Assembly (NCBI GenBank): GCA_019058275.1
Contig: JAHLVW010000045.1
Span: 44,316-108,315 of the forward strand
Length of the DNA stretch: 64,000 nucleotides
Reading direction: 5' to 3'
Origin: Candidatus Heimdallarchaeota archaeon
GTDB taxonomy: Archaea > Asgardarchaeota > Heimdallarchaeia > JABLTI01
Below the pieces are notes generated by a model. It worked only from the letters and a program-made list of their open reading frames with translations, did not search any database and had not been told where the DNA came from. The position numbers and the translations under genes are program-made. Positions 1-10,846 of the stretch are shown one piece after another (position 1 is the first letter of the stretch; every line of letters begins with the position of its first letter).

Positions 1-1343
1 ATGTTCTTCATCCAACAAAGATTGCTACTTTTAACGAGGTTGGGTACAATACTACAGATGTTTGCATTGTGAATGACGTTGCTTTTCTTGCTGATGTGGT
101 GTTTGGGTTAGTATCCATTGATATTTCTGTTAGTTCAAACCCTATAAAAATTGCCAATTGGACCGATGGGGGGCTACCCATTAGGGTTGCTGAGCAAAAT
201 GATGTTGTCCTTTTAGTTGATTATTCAGATGGGTTAGAAATCTTCAATGTTAGTGACCTAGCAAATCCTGTGAAAACTTTTACGTATAGTATTGTTGGTG
301 CAAAAGATGTGTTAATTGATAGTACTACTGCTTACTTAGCTGTTGAGAATTCAGGTATCGTAGTCCTTAACATTACAGACATTTATGCCCCAACTGTTAT
401 AGATACAGTCTTAGATAGTGGACCAGCTAATGAATTAGAAAAGGAAGGTAATTTCCTCTACTTGGCAGATGGAACTAATGGCATTGAGATTTATAATGTA
501 ACAGATGTTTTCAGTATCTCAAAAATTACTCCTACAGGGAATGTGAACTTTGCAAAAGGAGTAACATATAGTGACAGTATGCTTTATGTAGCAAATGGTT
601 TTGATGGGGTAACAATCCTTGAAGTCTCACAATACACAGATTTGGTAATTGTTGGGCAATTCGATGATGGTGAAAAGACTCACTCTATTGCTATTTATCA
701 AGAGTTCATATTTATAGCAGATGGTTATGATAATTTAGATGTTATAAGTAAATACAACGATAATGATGGTCTTGTAGATTATGTTGAAAACAACATCTAT
801 AATACTGATCCTAATGATCCCGATTCTGATCAAGATGGTTTGTCGGATTTTGAAGAACTGCTGATGTATAATACTAATCCTAACAATTCAGATACAGATT
901 CTGATCAACTACCTGATTTATTTGAATTAGAGAATTCATTGAATCCTTTTGAAGATGATGCTACAGAAGACCCCGATGAGGATGGTCTAACGAATTTAGA
1001 AGAGTATGGGTACTTGACTGACCCTCAAGATGAAGATACAGATGATGATTTTCTTACAGATTATGAAGAGGTAATTGACTACAATAGTGATCCAAACAAC
1101 CCGGACACAGACGGAGATGGTTGGTCAGATAGTTGGGAAGTATATTACGAAACTGATCCACTTGACCCTACTGATTATCCAGATTTAGAAACAACCCCAC
1201 CATTTACTGAACCCCCTCCTGATTCGCTGTTCAGAGGACCTTTCAGCTACTATTACCTTCTTGTGATTATAGGAGGACCATTATTAATAGCAGGTATTGT
1301 ATATTTAGCAATTAAATTGTTTAAGAAACCAGATATTGTCTAA
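1..1343 (+). CDS. Cell-surface protein with LVIVD repeats, DxDxDG Ca-binding (TSP3-like) repeats and a C-terminal TM anchor; 5' end lies outside the window
   Basis: The frame is open from base 3. It has repeated 'YLADG..G(I/L)EI(F/Y)NV(S/T)D' units, repeated 'DTDxDGLxD.EE' units, a Pro/Thr linker and a hydrophobic C-terminal helix followed by KK. Confidence 0.85.
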   Translation, partial: VLHPTKIATFNEVGYNTTDVCIVNDVAFLADVVFGLVSIDISVSSNPIKIANWTDGGLPIRVAEQNDVVLLVDYSDGLEIFNVSDLANPVKTFTYSIVGAKDVLIDSTTAYLAVENSGIVVLNITDIYAPTVIDTVLDSGPANELEKEGNFLYLADGTNGIEIYNVTDVFSISKITPTGNVNFAKGVTYSDSMLYVANGFDGVTILEVSQYTDLVIVGQFDDGEKTHSIAIYQEFIFIADGYDNLDVISKYNDNDGLVDYVENNIYNTDPNDPDSDQDGLSDFEELLMYNTNPNNSDTDSDQLPDLFELENSLNPFEDDATEDPDEDGLTNLEEYGYLTDPQDEDTDDDFLTDYEEVIDYNSDPNNPDTDGDGWSDSWEVYYETDPLDPTDYPDLETTPPFTEPPPDSLFRGPFSYYYLLVIIGGPLLIAGIVYLAIKLFKKPDIV

Positions 1344-1394
1344 TCTCACAATAAAAATTATATTATCTTTTTCCATTTTCTCTTAGAAAGTTCT

Positions 1395-2180
1395 GTGGAC
1401 AGGAATCATATGGTTGACATGGAGAGGATTACTTCAGTAATAACAGCATTTGAAGAATGCATTCAAGAATTACAGGTTGAAGGATTAAAATCACACTTAG
1501 ACTTGCAAAACGACAATATTTTTTGTGAGCTTGCTTCGTATTTGGTACAGCAATGCAATACCTCAAAGCAATGTTTAGATATTCTTATGCGAATTGCAGA
1601 ACTTTACTCCAATATAATGGTAAAGGATATTTCACTCATCGATAAAGTCGTTCAAATTTGCAAACAAGAAGAATTAACCATTACTCCTTATGTGATAGGA
1701 ATTTGGGAGCACGTGAATCTAATAGATAGTATAAACTTGATTGTTGAGCAAATTAACGAATTACATCCATTTGCTAATGATTTTTCATTAGTTCAATCTT
1801 TTGAGGAGAAAAGTTGTTGGTCTATTGAAAGAATAAAAGAAACAATTCAAGCTTTTGCTCATTGGGTAGATGAGGAGTTAGTACCTTTAGCACAAACAGA
1901 AAATTATTACTTGGAACTAGCTGAATTACTCTCTCCTTTAATACACAATCCTTCTCGAAAAGTAGCTAATGAACCTTTCTCTAATCAAGTCAAGTGGTTC
2001 TGGGATTTAACTCAGCACAAGTATGATGAATCACCTACTAGTTGTTACAAAAAAATCTGCTATACTTTAGCTGAACTTAATATTGAACTTGCAGCTTCCA
2101 AAGAATGGATTCCATATCCTAACAAAGAATTTCACACTATGTTTTTGATTACAACATACCTTGAAGGAATAGATGTATAA
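1395..2180 (+). CDS. Hypothetical alpha-helical protein
   Basis: 261-aa ORF with no motif I recognise. Confidence 0.6.
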   Translation: MDRNHMVDMERITSVITAFEECIQELQVEGLKSHLDLQNDNIFCELASYLVQQCNTSKQCLDILMRIAELYSNIMVKDISLIDKVVQICKQEELTITPYVIGIWEHVNLIDSINLIVEQINELHPFANDFSLVQSFEEKSCWSIERIKETIQAFAHWVDEELVPLAQTENYYLELAELLSPLIHNPSRKVANEPFSNQVKWFWDLTQHKYDESPTSCYKKICYTLAELNIELAASKEWIPYPNKEFHTMFLITTYLEGIDV

Positions 2181-2400
2181 TTCATCCATTTAGGGTATTA
2201 ATCACTCATAATTATCAGTAATTTTTTTATAGATGTATTTTAAGTAACAACTAAGGTTGCAATCATGTTTACCTTGAAAATTCATCTAGATATCACTTGG
2301 CGTGATTGGTTTTAATCCCTCTAGATGATGTTAGGTAAAGCAAGCAGCTGTTTTTAACATTCTTTGGAGGTTTTTTAAATTACAAAAGAGTTGATAATAG

Positions 2401-3489
2401 ATGGCATTTGATGGGAAAATTACTGATACACAGAAAGCAATATCTGAATTTGGAATACAAGACATTGGTGAGATAGTTGACTCTCTCAAGGGGGATTTGT
2501 TACATCCTTACCTTGAAAGAGGATTGATGTTCGGGCATACAGATGCTACAAAGATTTTTGATGCTATTAAAAAGAAAATCAGTTTTGCAGTTATGACCGG
2601 TATAAAACCAACAGGGCAGTATCATATCGGTTCGCTTATTACATGCAATGAGGTTTTGTACTTTCAATCATTAGGAGGAAAAGTCTACTTCTGTGTAGCA
2701 GACATGGAATCTTATTTGCATAGCGGTACTTCACTAGAAGAAGGACACAACACTGCAATAGACAATGTTGCTGATATTCTAGCGTTAGGGTTGGATTACA
2801 AGAATTCCTATATCTATAAGCAATCTGAGCAAAAGGACGTACTAAAACTTGCTGTGCTATTTACAAAAAACATTACTTACAACATGATAAAAGCAATCTA
2901 TGGAGAGCAAGCATTTGGAGCATATCAAAGTGCTTTGATTCAAGCAGGCGATATCCTTTTACCACAGCTAAAGCAGTATGAAGGTCCTTGCTTAACAGTC
3001 ACTCCTGTCGGATTAGAGCAAGCACCACATGCAAGATTAACAAGAGATCTAGCAAGGAAACAGCTATTTCGTGAACATTATGGTTTCAAGATGCCTTCAT
3101 TTACATTTCATCAAATATTGGGTTCTCTTGATGGTGGAGATAAAATGTCTAAGAGTGCTGGACATAGTTTTATGTTAACTCTTTCTGAAACGTCAAAATC
3201 ACTGAAGAAAAAGATTGCTCTTGTCTTTACAGGTGGAAGAGAAACTAAACAGGAACAATTAGAGCTTGGTGGTAGACCAGATATTTGCCGAGTGTTTGAC
3301 CTTTACAGATTCTTCTTCATGAATAGGGAAGATGAACTCAAGAAACGACAAAAGGAATGCAAAACTGGTAAAATTCTCTGTGGTGAATGTAAACAGGATT
3401 TATTCTCAAGAGCATGTAAATTTATTGAGAAGCATCAAACGAAGAAAGAATCCAAATTCGACTTAGCTAAACAAATTCTAGAGGAATAA
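2401..3489 (+). CDS. trpS: Tryptophanyl-tRNA synthetase (archaeal type)
   Basis: TGIKPTGQYHIGS (HIGH-like), QAGDIL and KMSKS motifs; TGGR..EQ..LGG; C-terminal CGECK. Confidence 0.92.
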   Translation: MAFDGKITDTQKAISEFGIQDIGEIVDSLKGDLLHPYLERGLMFGHTDATKIFDAIKKKISFAVMTGIKPTGQYHIGSLITCNEVLYFQSLGGKVYFCVADMESYLHSGTSLEEGHNTAIDNVADILALGLDYKNSYIYKQSEQKDVLKLAVLFTKNITYNMIKAIYGEQAFGAYQSALIQAGDILLPQLKQYEGPCLTVTPVGLEQAPHARLTRDLARKQLFREHYGFKMPSFTFHQILGSLDGGDKMSKSAGHSFMLTLSETSKSLKKKIALVFTGGRETKQEQLELGGRPDICRVFDLYRFFFMNREDELKKRQKECKTGKILCGECKQDLFSRACKFIEKHQTKKESKFDLAKQILEE

Positions 3490-3593
3490 TTTATGCATAA
3501 AGAAAATCTATCTGTGAAATATTATCTAAAAAACAAAATACTAAATTGTTTTATGAACCATGCTAAACTTGGTATTTGGCATAGCTGAAAATT

Positions 3594-3971
3594 CTATCTC
3601 TTTCTTTCTTTACGTGTATGACCTAGATTATAAGGATCGAAACTTCTTACAGCTCCTTTTGAAGGTTCTGTAGAAAGCTGTCCATGATAGATTTCTCGTT
3701 CAATTTTTGTCTCCTTAATTCGTTTTAATTCTGCATCAAAATCCTCTTTTAAAATATCAAACCATGCATATGTACCTTCGATTTTGATAACTTTATCAGC
3801 TTCAATAGGTACGATGATACTCTTTCTAAATCTCTTATTAACAAGTATCATTGCATATGGTTTGTATCTTTTAATGGTCTTGCCAGGTAATTTATCGATT
3901 CTAATAATTTTTCCCAGTTTATTGTTTTCTTTATCAGCTGCTATTTTTGCTATTAATCTTTTATAGTTCAC
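3594..3971 (-). CDS. PRC-barrel-like small protein
   Basis: 'KIAADKENNKLGKIIRID...IVPIEADKVIKIE' fits a PRC-barrel pattern. Confidence 0.5.
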   Translation of the reverse strand: MNYKRLIAKIAADKENNKLGKIIRIDKLPGKTIKRYKPYAMILVNKRFRKSIIVPIEADKVIKIEGTYAWFDILKEDFDAELKRIKETKIEREIYHGQLSTEPSKGAVRSFDPYNLGHTRKERKR

Positions 3972-4043
3972 ATCCTCTCACCAGAATTCTACCTAGCATA
4001 AAAACGGATTATCTGTTATTTAAAGATTAATGTTCTTAATTCC

Positions 4044-5102
4044 CTAAGAACCATTTATATGTTGTCCATTTGATGAACCATTCTTAATCTGCTCTTTAAT
4101 AGCCTTATTTTCAAAAATTACAGTTATTATTATTCCAATTGCAACAAGAGTCATGCCAAGAAAGGTTGTCCAAAATGGCACTTCTCTGAAAAATCCGTAT
4201 GCTAGCAGTGTTGCTCCAAACATTTCTCCTAGTGCTGTAACAGTAATAACTGGTGCTTTGATGTACCCTAAGCTATAATTATAAAGTGAATGCCCAAGAC
4301 AAGAAGGTCCAAGCGCAAGCAACCCAAAAAACATGAAGTGTTGCCATTTTAGGCCACTAATTATACTACCACGAGTTATTGGATTTGCTAAAACATAAAT
4401 TAACAAAAATAGTGTACAGAAAGCATAAACTATTGTTGCATAAGAAAAAACATCTAATTTTTCTCTCTTCTTTCTACCAATAACAAAATAACCTGCACCA
4501 GTAATTGCTCCAGCAAGAGCTAATAAGTCTCCATAAAAATAGCCGGTTTCGTCACTTACAATGAAATCTGACACACCAACCATAATAGCTCCAACCAAAG
4601 CTAAAATAATAGCTATAAATTGAGACCACGAAACTCTCTCCTTAAGAAAAATGAGTGATAAAATGAGAGCAAAAAAAGGCATCAAATAGATAATAGTAAT
4701 TGAATTTGCTACACTCGTCATTTGTAAAGACATATTCCATGTGGTAAAATGAATTGCAAGTAATAGACCTGATAGAGAAAGTAATGGTATATCATCTTTA
4801 AGACTAACTTTCTTGAATTCTTTCAGATTCCTTGTTAGTAAAGTACCAATAAACATTCCAATAGTTGCAAAGAATAACCGCCAAAAAGCAATCACTGAAG
4901 CATCTGCTGGTTCTAAACCCAAATCTACTGCATCCTTGCCTGCATAACGAATTAGGATAGATGCAAAAGAAGTCATTATCATAGCAACAACTATGAGAAT
5001 GTAAACATGCTTAGGTATTCCTTGTTTTTTTTCTTTCTGTATAGGAACCTCTTCAGGTATTTCTTTCTTCTCAGAAGGTCCTTGGTTATTATTCACAGTC
5101 AA
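4044..5102 (-). CDS. EamA/DMT family transporter
   Basis: About 10 TM helices in two EamA repeats (AFWRL, LKERVS, GDLLAL, FREVP). Confidence 0.9.
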   Translation of the reverse strand: MTVNNNQGPSEKKEIPEEVPIQKEKKQGIPKHVYILIVVAMIMTSFASILIRYAGKDAVDLGLEPADASVIAFWRLFFATIGMFIGTLLTRNLKEFKKVSLKDDIPLLSLSGLLLAIHFTTWNMSLQMTSVANSITIIYLMPFFALILSLIFLKERVSWSQFIAIILALVGAIMVGVSDFIVSDETGYFYGDLLALAGAITGAGYFVIGRKKREKLDVFSYATIVYAFCTLFLLIYVLANPITRGSIISGLKWQHFMFFGLLALGPSCLGHSLYNYSLGYIKAPVITVTALGEMFGATLLAYGFFREVPFWTTFLGMTLVAIGIIITVIFENKAIKEQIKNGSSNGQHINGS

Positions 5103-5227
5103 TGGAATCTAAAGAATATGGTCTGCTTGTTTATTAAATAAATTCCCTTTATGTTTAATAATAAAATAAAACCCAGTAAAAACTAGAATGAAAAAAGAAA
5201 AAAATGAAAGCTAATTGCCTACAATTA

Positions 5228-8200
5228 TTATTCATTTATTTCTTTGAAGCTATCTGTCATTTCTTTAATGTGATCATTTATGACAACAGATAGGTTATTA
5301 TTTCTATCAATGGATGAAATAGTCCTTTTTGTAAAGCTTTCAATCTGCTTCAGCATAACCTCTTCCAAATCATCTACTGATTTAAGGAAAACCTCAGCAA
5401 TTTCCTCATTGCTTCTATTTGAAAGTACAAATTGTTTTCTTGCGAATAAAGCTACTTCTCTCTTTACCTTCTGTAGCACTCGATTAAAGCCATCTAGTAG
5501 TTCTTTCGTTAGTCTTTCAGTGCTCAAACCAACTCTATCCCCCATAGCATTGACTTCAACATCTAATTCTTTCAAAAATCTACAAGAAAAACTTTCACAA
5601 GTAGAAATGGTCTTCAATGCAGCCTTTTCTGCTTCTTTCAAATCCTGTTTCAAGGATTCATTCAGATTACTAATCGCTTGACCATAGGTTCTCAAGTGAT
5701 TTCTGCCAATGTCTCTAAAACCAATCTTGTATTCCTCAATTCGCCTTGATTCATTTTCAATACGAGTAATAACTTCATCTGTAAGGTTTTGTCTAATGCT
5801 CTCAAGGCTTTCAGTGTATCTTTCTTCTATTCCAAGAACAGCTTGTTCACCAATTACGACTACTCCTTCGGTTTTTCGAGCTGCTTCAGCAGTAATATTT
5901 CCAACTGTACTGAAGATTGCTCCTTCTATACCAGAAGTTTTCGTTTCAAGTTCTTGAACTGATCTGTTAATATCAGTCTCTATAATGTTCATTAGTTCAG
6001 TAGCAACATTCTCATTAAATTGCTTCAATTCATTATTTGATTGTGATAGAGTTGCTAGTTTATTCTCGAGATTTTCCTGAATTGCTAGTGTAAATTTATT
6101 CTTAAATTCGTAAACATTCCCGATTTGACTTTCTTGTAAAACACTTAATTTTTGCTCAAAAGTCCTAATTTGGTTACTAATTAATCTTGCTAATTCGTTG
6201 TTGTTAGCTATTAAATCGTTTTTAAGTTTTTCATCTAAAGCATTTAACTCAATTTCCTGCTTGTTAATCTCAGCAGCAGCTTGTCCAAAAATCTTTTCAG
6301 ATCCTTCCCATAAATTAGTTCGAAGAACTTCAGCTGTGGAATTCACACCATTAGCTAAATCTGAAACGACCTTTTCTGTAAGATTAGTAATTGTCGTTCT
6401 AGTGTTTTTCTCTTGATTAAGTAGAGATGCGACGTCTCTTGCAATAGTCTTCTCAATATCCTCAAAACTATCTTTTGTTTTTTTGACATAATTCTCTCGA
6501 GCTTTTTCAAAAACTTCTTTCAAAGATTCAATTTCTTTAGAAGTTCGACTTCCCCTTCTATTGACTGCATTTTCAAGCGATTTGCCAACTTCCCTTCTAT
6601 TTCTATTGAAGGATTCAAGCTCTTCGGAGAAGAAACGCTCAATTCTTCTAATGAGCTTTTCATACAAGTCTTTATAGTCATCAGAGATTTCATCTATGAG
6701 TTTTATTGATGGACGTTTGGTTTCATCGATCAGTTTATCTTGAACTTTCTTAAATTGTACCAATCGATTATTAATTGTCAAACTATCTTTTTTCAAAGTG
6801 TTTCCAATTTCATCAAGTGATTTTCTCAATAAATTATTAATATTATCTCCAAAACCCTTGAAGCTCTTCGAAATATCATTGTAAGATTGTTGGACTACAT
6901 TAACAATTTCTCTCTCCGATACTTGCTCACTGCTTTGTATTTTATCAATAATCTCATCAATTTCGTTTGAAAGAACCTCCATACTCTCATCTACTTTATT
7001 ATTAACTTGTTGTGTCAATAAGTTAACACTTTCACCTCTCCATCGTTCCAGCTTTCGAGTTAAATTTGCTACCTCTTTGCTTGTATTTTTAAGCTCCTTG
7101 TCATGTGTATTAGAGAAATCTTTGAAGATTGCTTGGAGTCTCTTTTGACTTGAATTAAGTCTATTTTTTAGCAAATCATGATTGCTATCAATTTCCTTAT
7201 CAAATTTATCTATTAATCGGTCAATATCTTTCTCAAAATTTTCCTCTTTCTTTATAGTTTCATTATCAAATCCTTTGCTAATACGCATAAGATCTCCTGT
7301 TAGTACCTTGTCGAATTTCTCCAAAAATGCTGATTCATCATTCTCAATTCTATCTTGTAGTTGTTCTAGGTTTGCCATCAAAGTGTTAATGGGTTCTGTC
7401 AAGGACATATTTATGAAACTGACAAGGTTTTGTACACCAGCTCCATGATTTTCAACTGCATAAAGGAAGTCAGTTTCTAATCGAGCAACAAGATCACTAA
7501 GATCCATTTGGTATTGAGCAACAGAATGGTTTAGAATAATGATGAATAGCTCCATCATTTCGTTTAAAACTTCTCGAGTCTTGTTAGCAGTTCTATGTGT
7601 TAAATTGGTTTTCTCTTCCTGGTTATTTTCAGCTGATTGTTCATATTTTGAGCTTAAACCTTCTAGTTCTACCTTTGCTCCAGCAATATTCCCTTTGGTT
7701 TGTTCAAGTAATGTATTTACTTTACCATTAAATTCCAATGTGAGTTGTTCAATAGCATCACCAAAGATTGAAGTATGGGTTTCCATTAACCTTGCTAATT
7801 CTTGGAATTGAGTATCTAAACTTTCATTGAGCTTTTGGGTTGATTCATTAGCAATTTTGGCTGTTTTAGGTCGTAATCCTTCAATACAGGAAATCATAGG
7901 ACGTTTTTGTTCGGTTAAAACTCGTAAAATCTCTGTTTGGAAATTGTTAGAAGCTTCTTGTATTGCTTCTTTAAGAGAATTAATTGCCTGTTCAATTTGG
8001 TCATTAATGGGTCTTGTAACCTTCTCTAAATCCTCAATACCTGAATCTAATACAGTGAAAATAATATCCTCAAAGGCATCTTGGGATTTACTAAATGCAT
8101 CTTGAACTTCATCAAAGGCTTTGTTTGCATTTGTTTCAAAATCAATAACATTACTTACTCGAGCATCAACGGTTGTTTCCATCTTATTTCTTACACTTTC

Positions 8201-8821
8201 TTGTGCTTCTGACAATAATCTAGAGAATTTCTTTGACAATGGTTCTAGACTTCTAATAATATTAGCACAAGTTTCATCTGAACGAACAGATGATTCTGCT
8301 AAGAATTCATTGGATGTTTGAGCAATTCTACCTAAATCTTTCAAATCCATTTCAACAGAAGCTAAAATACCACTAAAGGAAGCATCCATGGCCATCTCTA
8401 AATCCTTAATATCCTCTTCAGAATGATCTGTTCGTTTTTGTCGTTCGCCTGCACTTGCTTCACGAACGTTTTTGATAGCATTTTCAGTGAAATTATTAAC
8501 GACTTGAGTTGTTGCCTTGAGTTCGCTTTTACGAGCTTCTAAAGAATTGATTAGTCTATCAATAATACTCACAAACCGTGTTACAGGAAAGATTGCAACA
8601 TAGCGTAGATCTTCTTCCCTATCACTTTGAAGAGGGCTAACTAACCCTCTCTCAATGAGGCGATCTAACATTGCAGGAACTCTTCCTTTTGATAAGTTAC
8701 CTCGTTCAGCAATTTCTAAAACAGTGCTGGCACCGTAATTAGACAAAGCTGAGAAAATTCTTTTCTCATTTGCTGTTAAACGAGGTAATAATTCTAGTTT
8801 TTTCGCTTCCTTTACAGCCAT
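5228..8821 (-). CDS. TrmB-type wHTH fused to ~1100 aa of amphipathic helical/coiled-coil sequence
   Basis: N-terminal 'LTANEKRIFSAL...TVLEIAERGNLSKGRVPAMLDRLIERGLV'; the remainder is E/K/L/I-rich, Pro-poor helical sequence. Confidence 0.8.
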   Translation of the reverse strand: MAVKEAKKLELLPRLTANEKRIFSALSNYGASTVLEIAERGNLSKGRVPAMLDRLIERGLVSPLQSDREEDLRYVAIFPVTRFVSIIDRLINSLEARKSELKATTQVVNNFTENAIKNVREASAGERQKRTDHSEEDIKDLEMAMDASFSGILASVEMDLKDLGRIAQTSNEFLAESSVRSDETCANIIRSLEPLSKKFSRLLSEAQESVRNKMETTVDARVSNVIDFETNANKAFDEVQDAFSKSQDAFEDIIFTVLDSGIEDLEKVTRPINDQIEQAINSLKEAIQEASNNFQTEILRVLTEQKRPMISCIEGLRPKTAKIANESTQKLNESLDTQFQELARLMETHTSIFGDAIEQLTLEFNGKVNTLLEQTKGNIAGAKVELEGLSSKYEQSAENNQEEKTNLTHRTANKTREVLNEMMELFIIILNHSVAQYQMDLSDLVARLETDFLYAVENHGAGVQNLVSFINMSLTEPINTLMANLEQLQDRIENDESAFLEKFDKVLTGDLMRISKGFDNETIKKEENFEKDIDRLIDKFDKEIDSNHDLLKNRLNSSQKRLQAIFKDFSNTHDKELKNTSKEVANLTRKLERWRGESVNLLTQQVNNKVDESMEVLSNEIDEIIDKIQSSEQVSEREIVNVVQQSYNDISKSFKGFGDNINNLLRKSLDEIGNTLKKDSLTINNRLVQFKKVQDKLIDETKRPSIKLIDEISDDYKDLYEKLIRRIERFFSEELESFNRNRREVGKSLENAVNRRGSRTSKEIESLKEVFEKARENYVKKTKDSFEDIEKTIARDVASLLNQEKNTRTTITNLTEKVVSDLANGVNSTAEVLRTNLWEGSEKIFGQAAAEINKQEIELNALDEKLKNDLIANNNELARLISNQIRTFEQKLSVLQESQIGNVYEFKNKFTLAIQENLENKLATLSQSNNELKQFNENVATELMNIIETDINRSVQELETKTSGIEGAIFSTVGNITAEAARKTEGVVVIGEQAVLGIEERYTESLESIRQNLTDEVITRIENESRRIEEYKIGFRDIGRNHLRTYGQAISNLNESLKQDLKEAEKAALKTISTCESFSCRFLKELDVEVNAMGDRVGLSTERLTKELLDGFNRVLQKVKREVALFARKQFVLSNRSNEEIAEVFLKSVDDLEEVMLKQIESFTKRTISSIDRNNNLSVVINDHIKEMTDSFKEINE

Positions 8822-9024
8822 AATTTACATCCTCTCGAATGTTATTTTTGATATAGATTCATCGTATTTTTTTAGGTAGAATAGCTAATTTATACATTAT
8901 TTGTTACTAGGATATTGCTTTTATGATTTTGGTTCTAGAACAACTCTTTAAAGCATTTTATTGCTGAAATCATCAAAAATCATTAAAAGTAAGTATTTTT
9001 GACATAGAAATAAGGTTGTAATCT

Positions 9025-9101
9025 GGGCCGGTAGATCAGCCTGGCAGATCGTCTGTTTCGCATACAGGAGGCCGTGGATTCAAATTCCGCCCGGTCCACC
9101 A
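9025..9101 (+). tRNA. tRNA-Ala(CGC), CCA encoded
   Basis: Cloverleaf with GGGCCGG/CCGGTCC acceptor stem carrying G3:U70, anticodon loop TTCGCAT (CGC at 9059-9061), T-loop TTCAAAT and an ACCA end. Confidence 0.96.
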
Positions 9102-9156
9102 TTTAATTCCATTAATTTAACAAAATTTATTTTCAAAATTCCTAATTACTAGTATT

Positions 9157-9606
9157 ATGTCTAATGAAAACCTATTAATAAATAAAGCAAATCTCACTGA
9201 TTTAGATGGAATTTTAGCATTACTGACAACTGTAAATTTACCAATAGAAGGAGTAAAAGAGCATTTAGATAATTTTCTAGTAGTGAAGGATTCAGGAGCT
9301 ACTATGAAAGGTTGTATAGGATTGGAATTATACAAAGAACATGCTTTATTACGCTCAGCTGCAGTTCATCCTGAAAATCAAGGACAAGGCATTGGAAAGA
9401 AACTCACAAAAGCAATTATTTCATTAGTTAAACAATTCGGGGTACAAAAGCTATACCTTATTACTGATACAGCAGAGCGATTTTTCCGTAAAGAAGGATT
9501 TGCTGTTGTTTCAAGAGATAAGATACCAGCCAGTGTGAAGGAATCGGTCGAATTCACTTTTAGTTGTGCCAAAACTGGAGTCTCTATGATCAAGGAGCTA
9601 AAATAG
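9157..9606 (+). CDS. GNAT N-acetyltransferase (ArsN2-like)
   Basis: LLRSAAVHPENQGQGIGKKL acetyl-CoA motif; LYLITDTAERFF..EGF; SVEF..SC tail. Confidence 0.85.
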   Translation: MSNENLLINKANLTDLDGILALLTTVNLPIEGVKEHLDNFLVVKDSGATMKGCIGLELYKEHALLRSAAVHPENQGQGIGKKLTKAIISLVKQFGVQKLYLITDTAERFFRKEGFAVVSRDKIPASVKESVEFTFSCAKTGVSMIKELK

Positions 9607-9628
9607 CAAAAAATAGATTCCAAATTTA

Positions 9629-10594
9629 TTAACCCAGTTGTTCTAATTGAAATGATCTAGCACCCAATTTGCTAATTGTTGTACTTGCAGTTCTTACACC
9701 TAATTGTGCTGCTTTTTTGATATCCTCGCTCTTCAAGAATTCATGTAAGAATCCAGCAGAAAAGGAATCACCTGCACCTGTTGTATCCGCTACCTGTGTA
9801 TTTATGGCAGACTCAAAATATTGTTTGCCTGAGGATGTTTTAATTAGTACTCCTTCTTCACCAAGTGTTAAAACAGCAATCTCAGAAAAATCTAACATAT
9901 AGTCGAGTATCTCATTTCTTTCATTTTTTTGAGTAAAGACTTTTCCTTCATGTAGATTTGAAAAAAGTATTTGTGGTGGGTGTTTCTTCATCATTTTCTG
10001 CAAAATGGGTCTATCATTTTCAATTACTGCATAAGCTGCTAAATCAAAAGTTGTCTTTTTTGATTCTTCAAAGATTTTCCATAATGCTTCTACAGACTTT
10101 GTAATCAGATACCCCTCAATATGAACAGTATCAGCACTTTGAACTATTTTTTCATCAACCATCTCAGCAGGAAGAATATCTGATGCTCCTCTATAAACAA
10201 TAAAAGCTCTATCTTTATTGGGGGTGATTAACGAAAGTAATTGTCCAGTAGAGTTTTCTTTGTCAATAATGCTATGTGTTTTTACATCCTCATTTCTAAG
10301 TATTTCCATATATTCTCTACCATCATCATCATCTCCGTGTTTCCCGTAAAAACTTGTGTTAGAACCTAATTTGGCCATGTTTGACATGACATTTGCACAA
10401 CTACCACCTGAATTCTTTATAATGTCCTTATCTAATTCTGATAGCTTTTTAGCTATGAAATCAATAGTAGTTTTATCTACGACTCGATGCCCACCAACTT
10501 CCATGTCTATTTCCTTAAGAAAAGAAAAATCAACGTAAACAGATAAATCCCAAAGTACTTGACCAAAACCCAACACTTGTTTCATTGAAATCAA
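9629..10594 (-). CDS. PfkB/ribokinase family (adenosine kinase-like) kinase
   Basis: GGSCAN, LTLGEEG and DTTGAGDSF PfkB signatures. Confidence 0.9.
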   Translation of the reverse strand: MISMKQVLGFGQVLWDLSVYVDFSFLKEIDMEVGGHRVVDKTTIDFIAKKLSELDKDIIKNSGGSCANVMSNMAKLGSNTSFYGKHGDDDDGREYMEILRNEDVKTHSIIDKENSTGQLLSLITPNKDRAFIVYRGASDILPAEMVDEKIVQSADTVHIEGYLITKSVEALWKIFEESKKTTFDLAAYAVIENDRPILQKMMKKHPPQILFSNLHEGKVFTQKNERNEILDYMLDFSEIAVLTLGEEGVLIKTSSGKQYFESAINTQVADTTGAGDSFSAGFLHEFLKSEDIKKAAQLGVRTASTTISKLGARSFQLEQLG

Positions 10595-10618
10595 AACTAG
10601 TTAAAGATAGTATTTAAT

Positions 10619-10843
10619 TTACTTTTCCTTCTTTAGTAAATAATCCGCAACTTCTCGAGCCCAATTTCCTATAGGAATTTCTTGATTATTAACCATTCTC
10701 GTGAGATATTCTTTCCAGCTTAATTTCCCATAAGCTTTTTGCCAATCTTTGAACCGATTCTCGAGGTTCTTCTTAGCAATACTATGCGCATCACAATAAC
10801 TTCCTTTTTCAATAGTTGATTTACAGACAACACATTGTTTCAT
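10619..10843 (-). CDS. Small Zn-finger protein
   Basis: CxxC...YCxxH motif; lies 3 bp downstream of topA in the same operon. Confidence 0.7.
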   Translation of the reverse strand: MKQCVVCKSTIEKGSYCDAHSIAKKNLENRFKDWQKAYGKLSWKEYLTRMVNNQEIPIGNWAREVADYLLKKEK

Positions 10844-10846
10844 AGT

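Noticed and set aside
5280-8321. Numerous Ser/Leu/Phe-rich plus-strand ORFs here, and similar short antisense ORFs elsewhere
   Set aside because: They are shadow frames antisense to long, well-supported genes.
9074-9101. tRNA-Ala 3' end as the source of the 62731 and 63808 repeats
   Set aside because: Its T-arm is similar, but the copies match tRNA-Pro better (CCCCGGCCACCATTA) and lie downstream of it.
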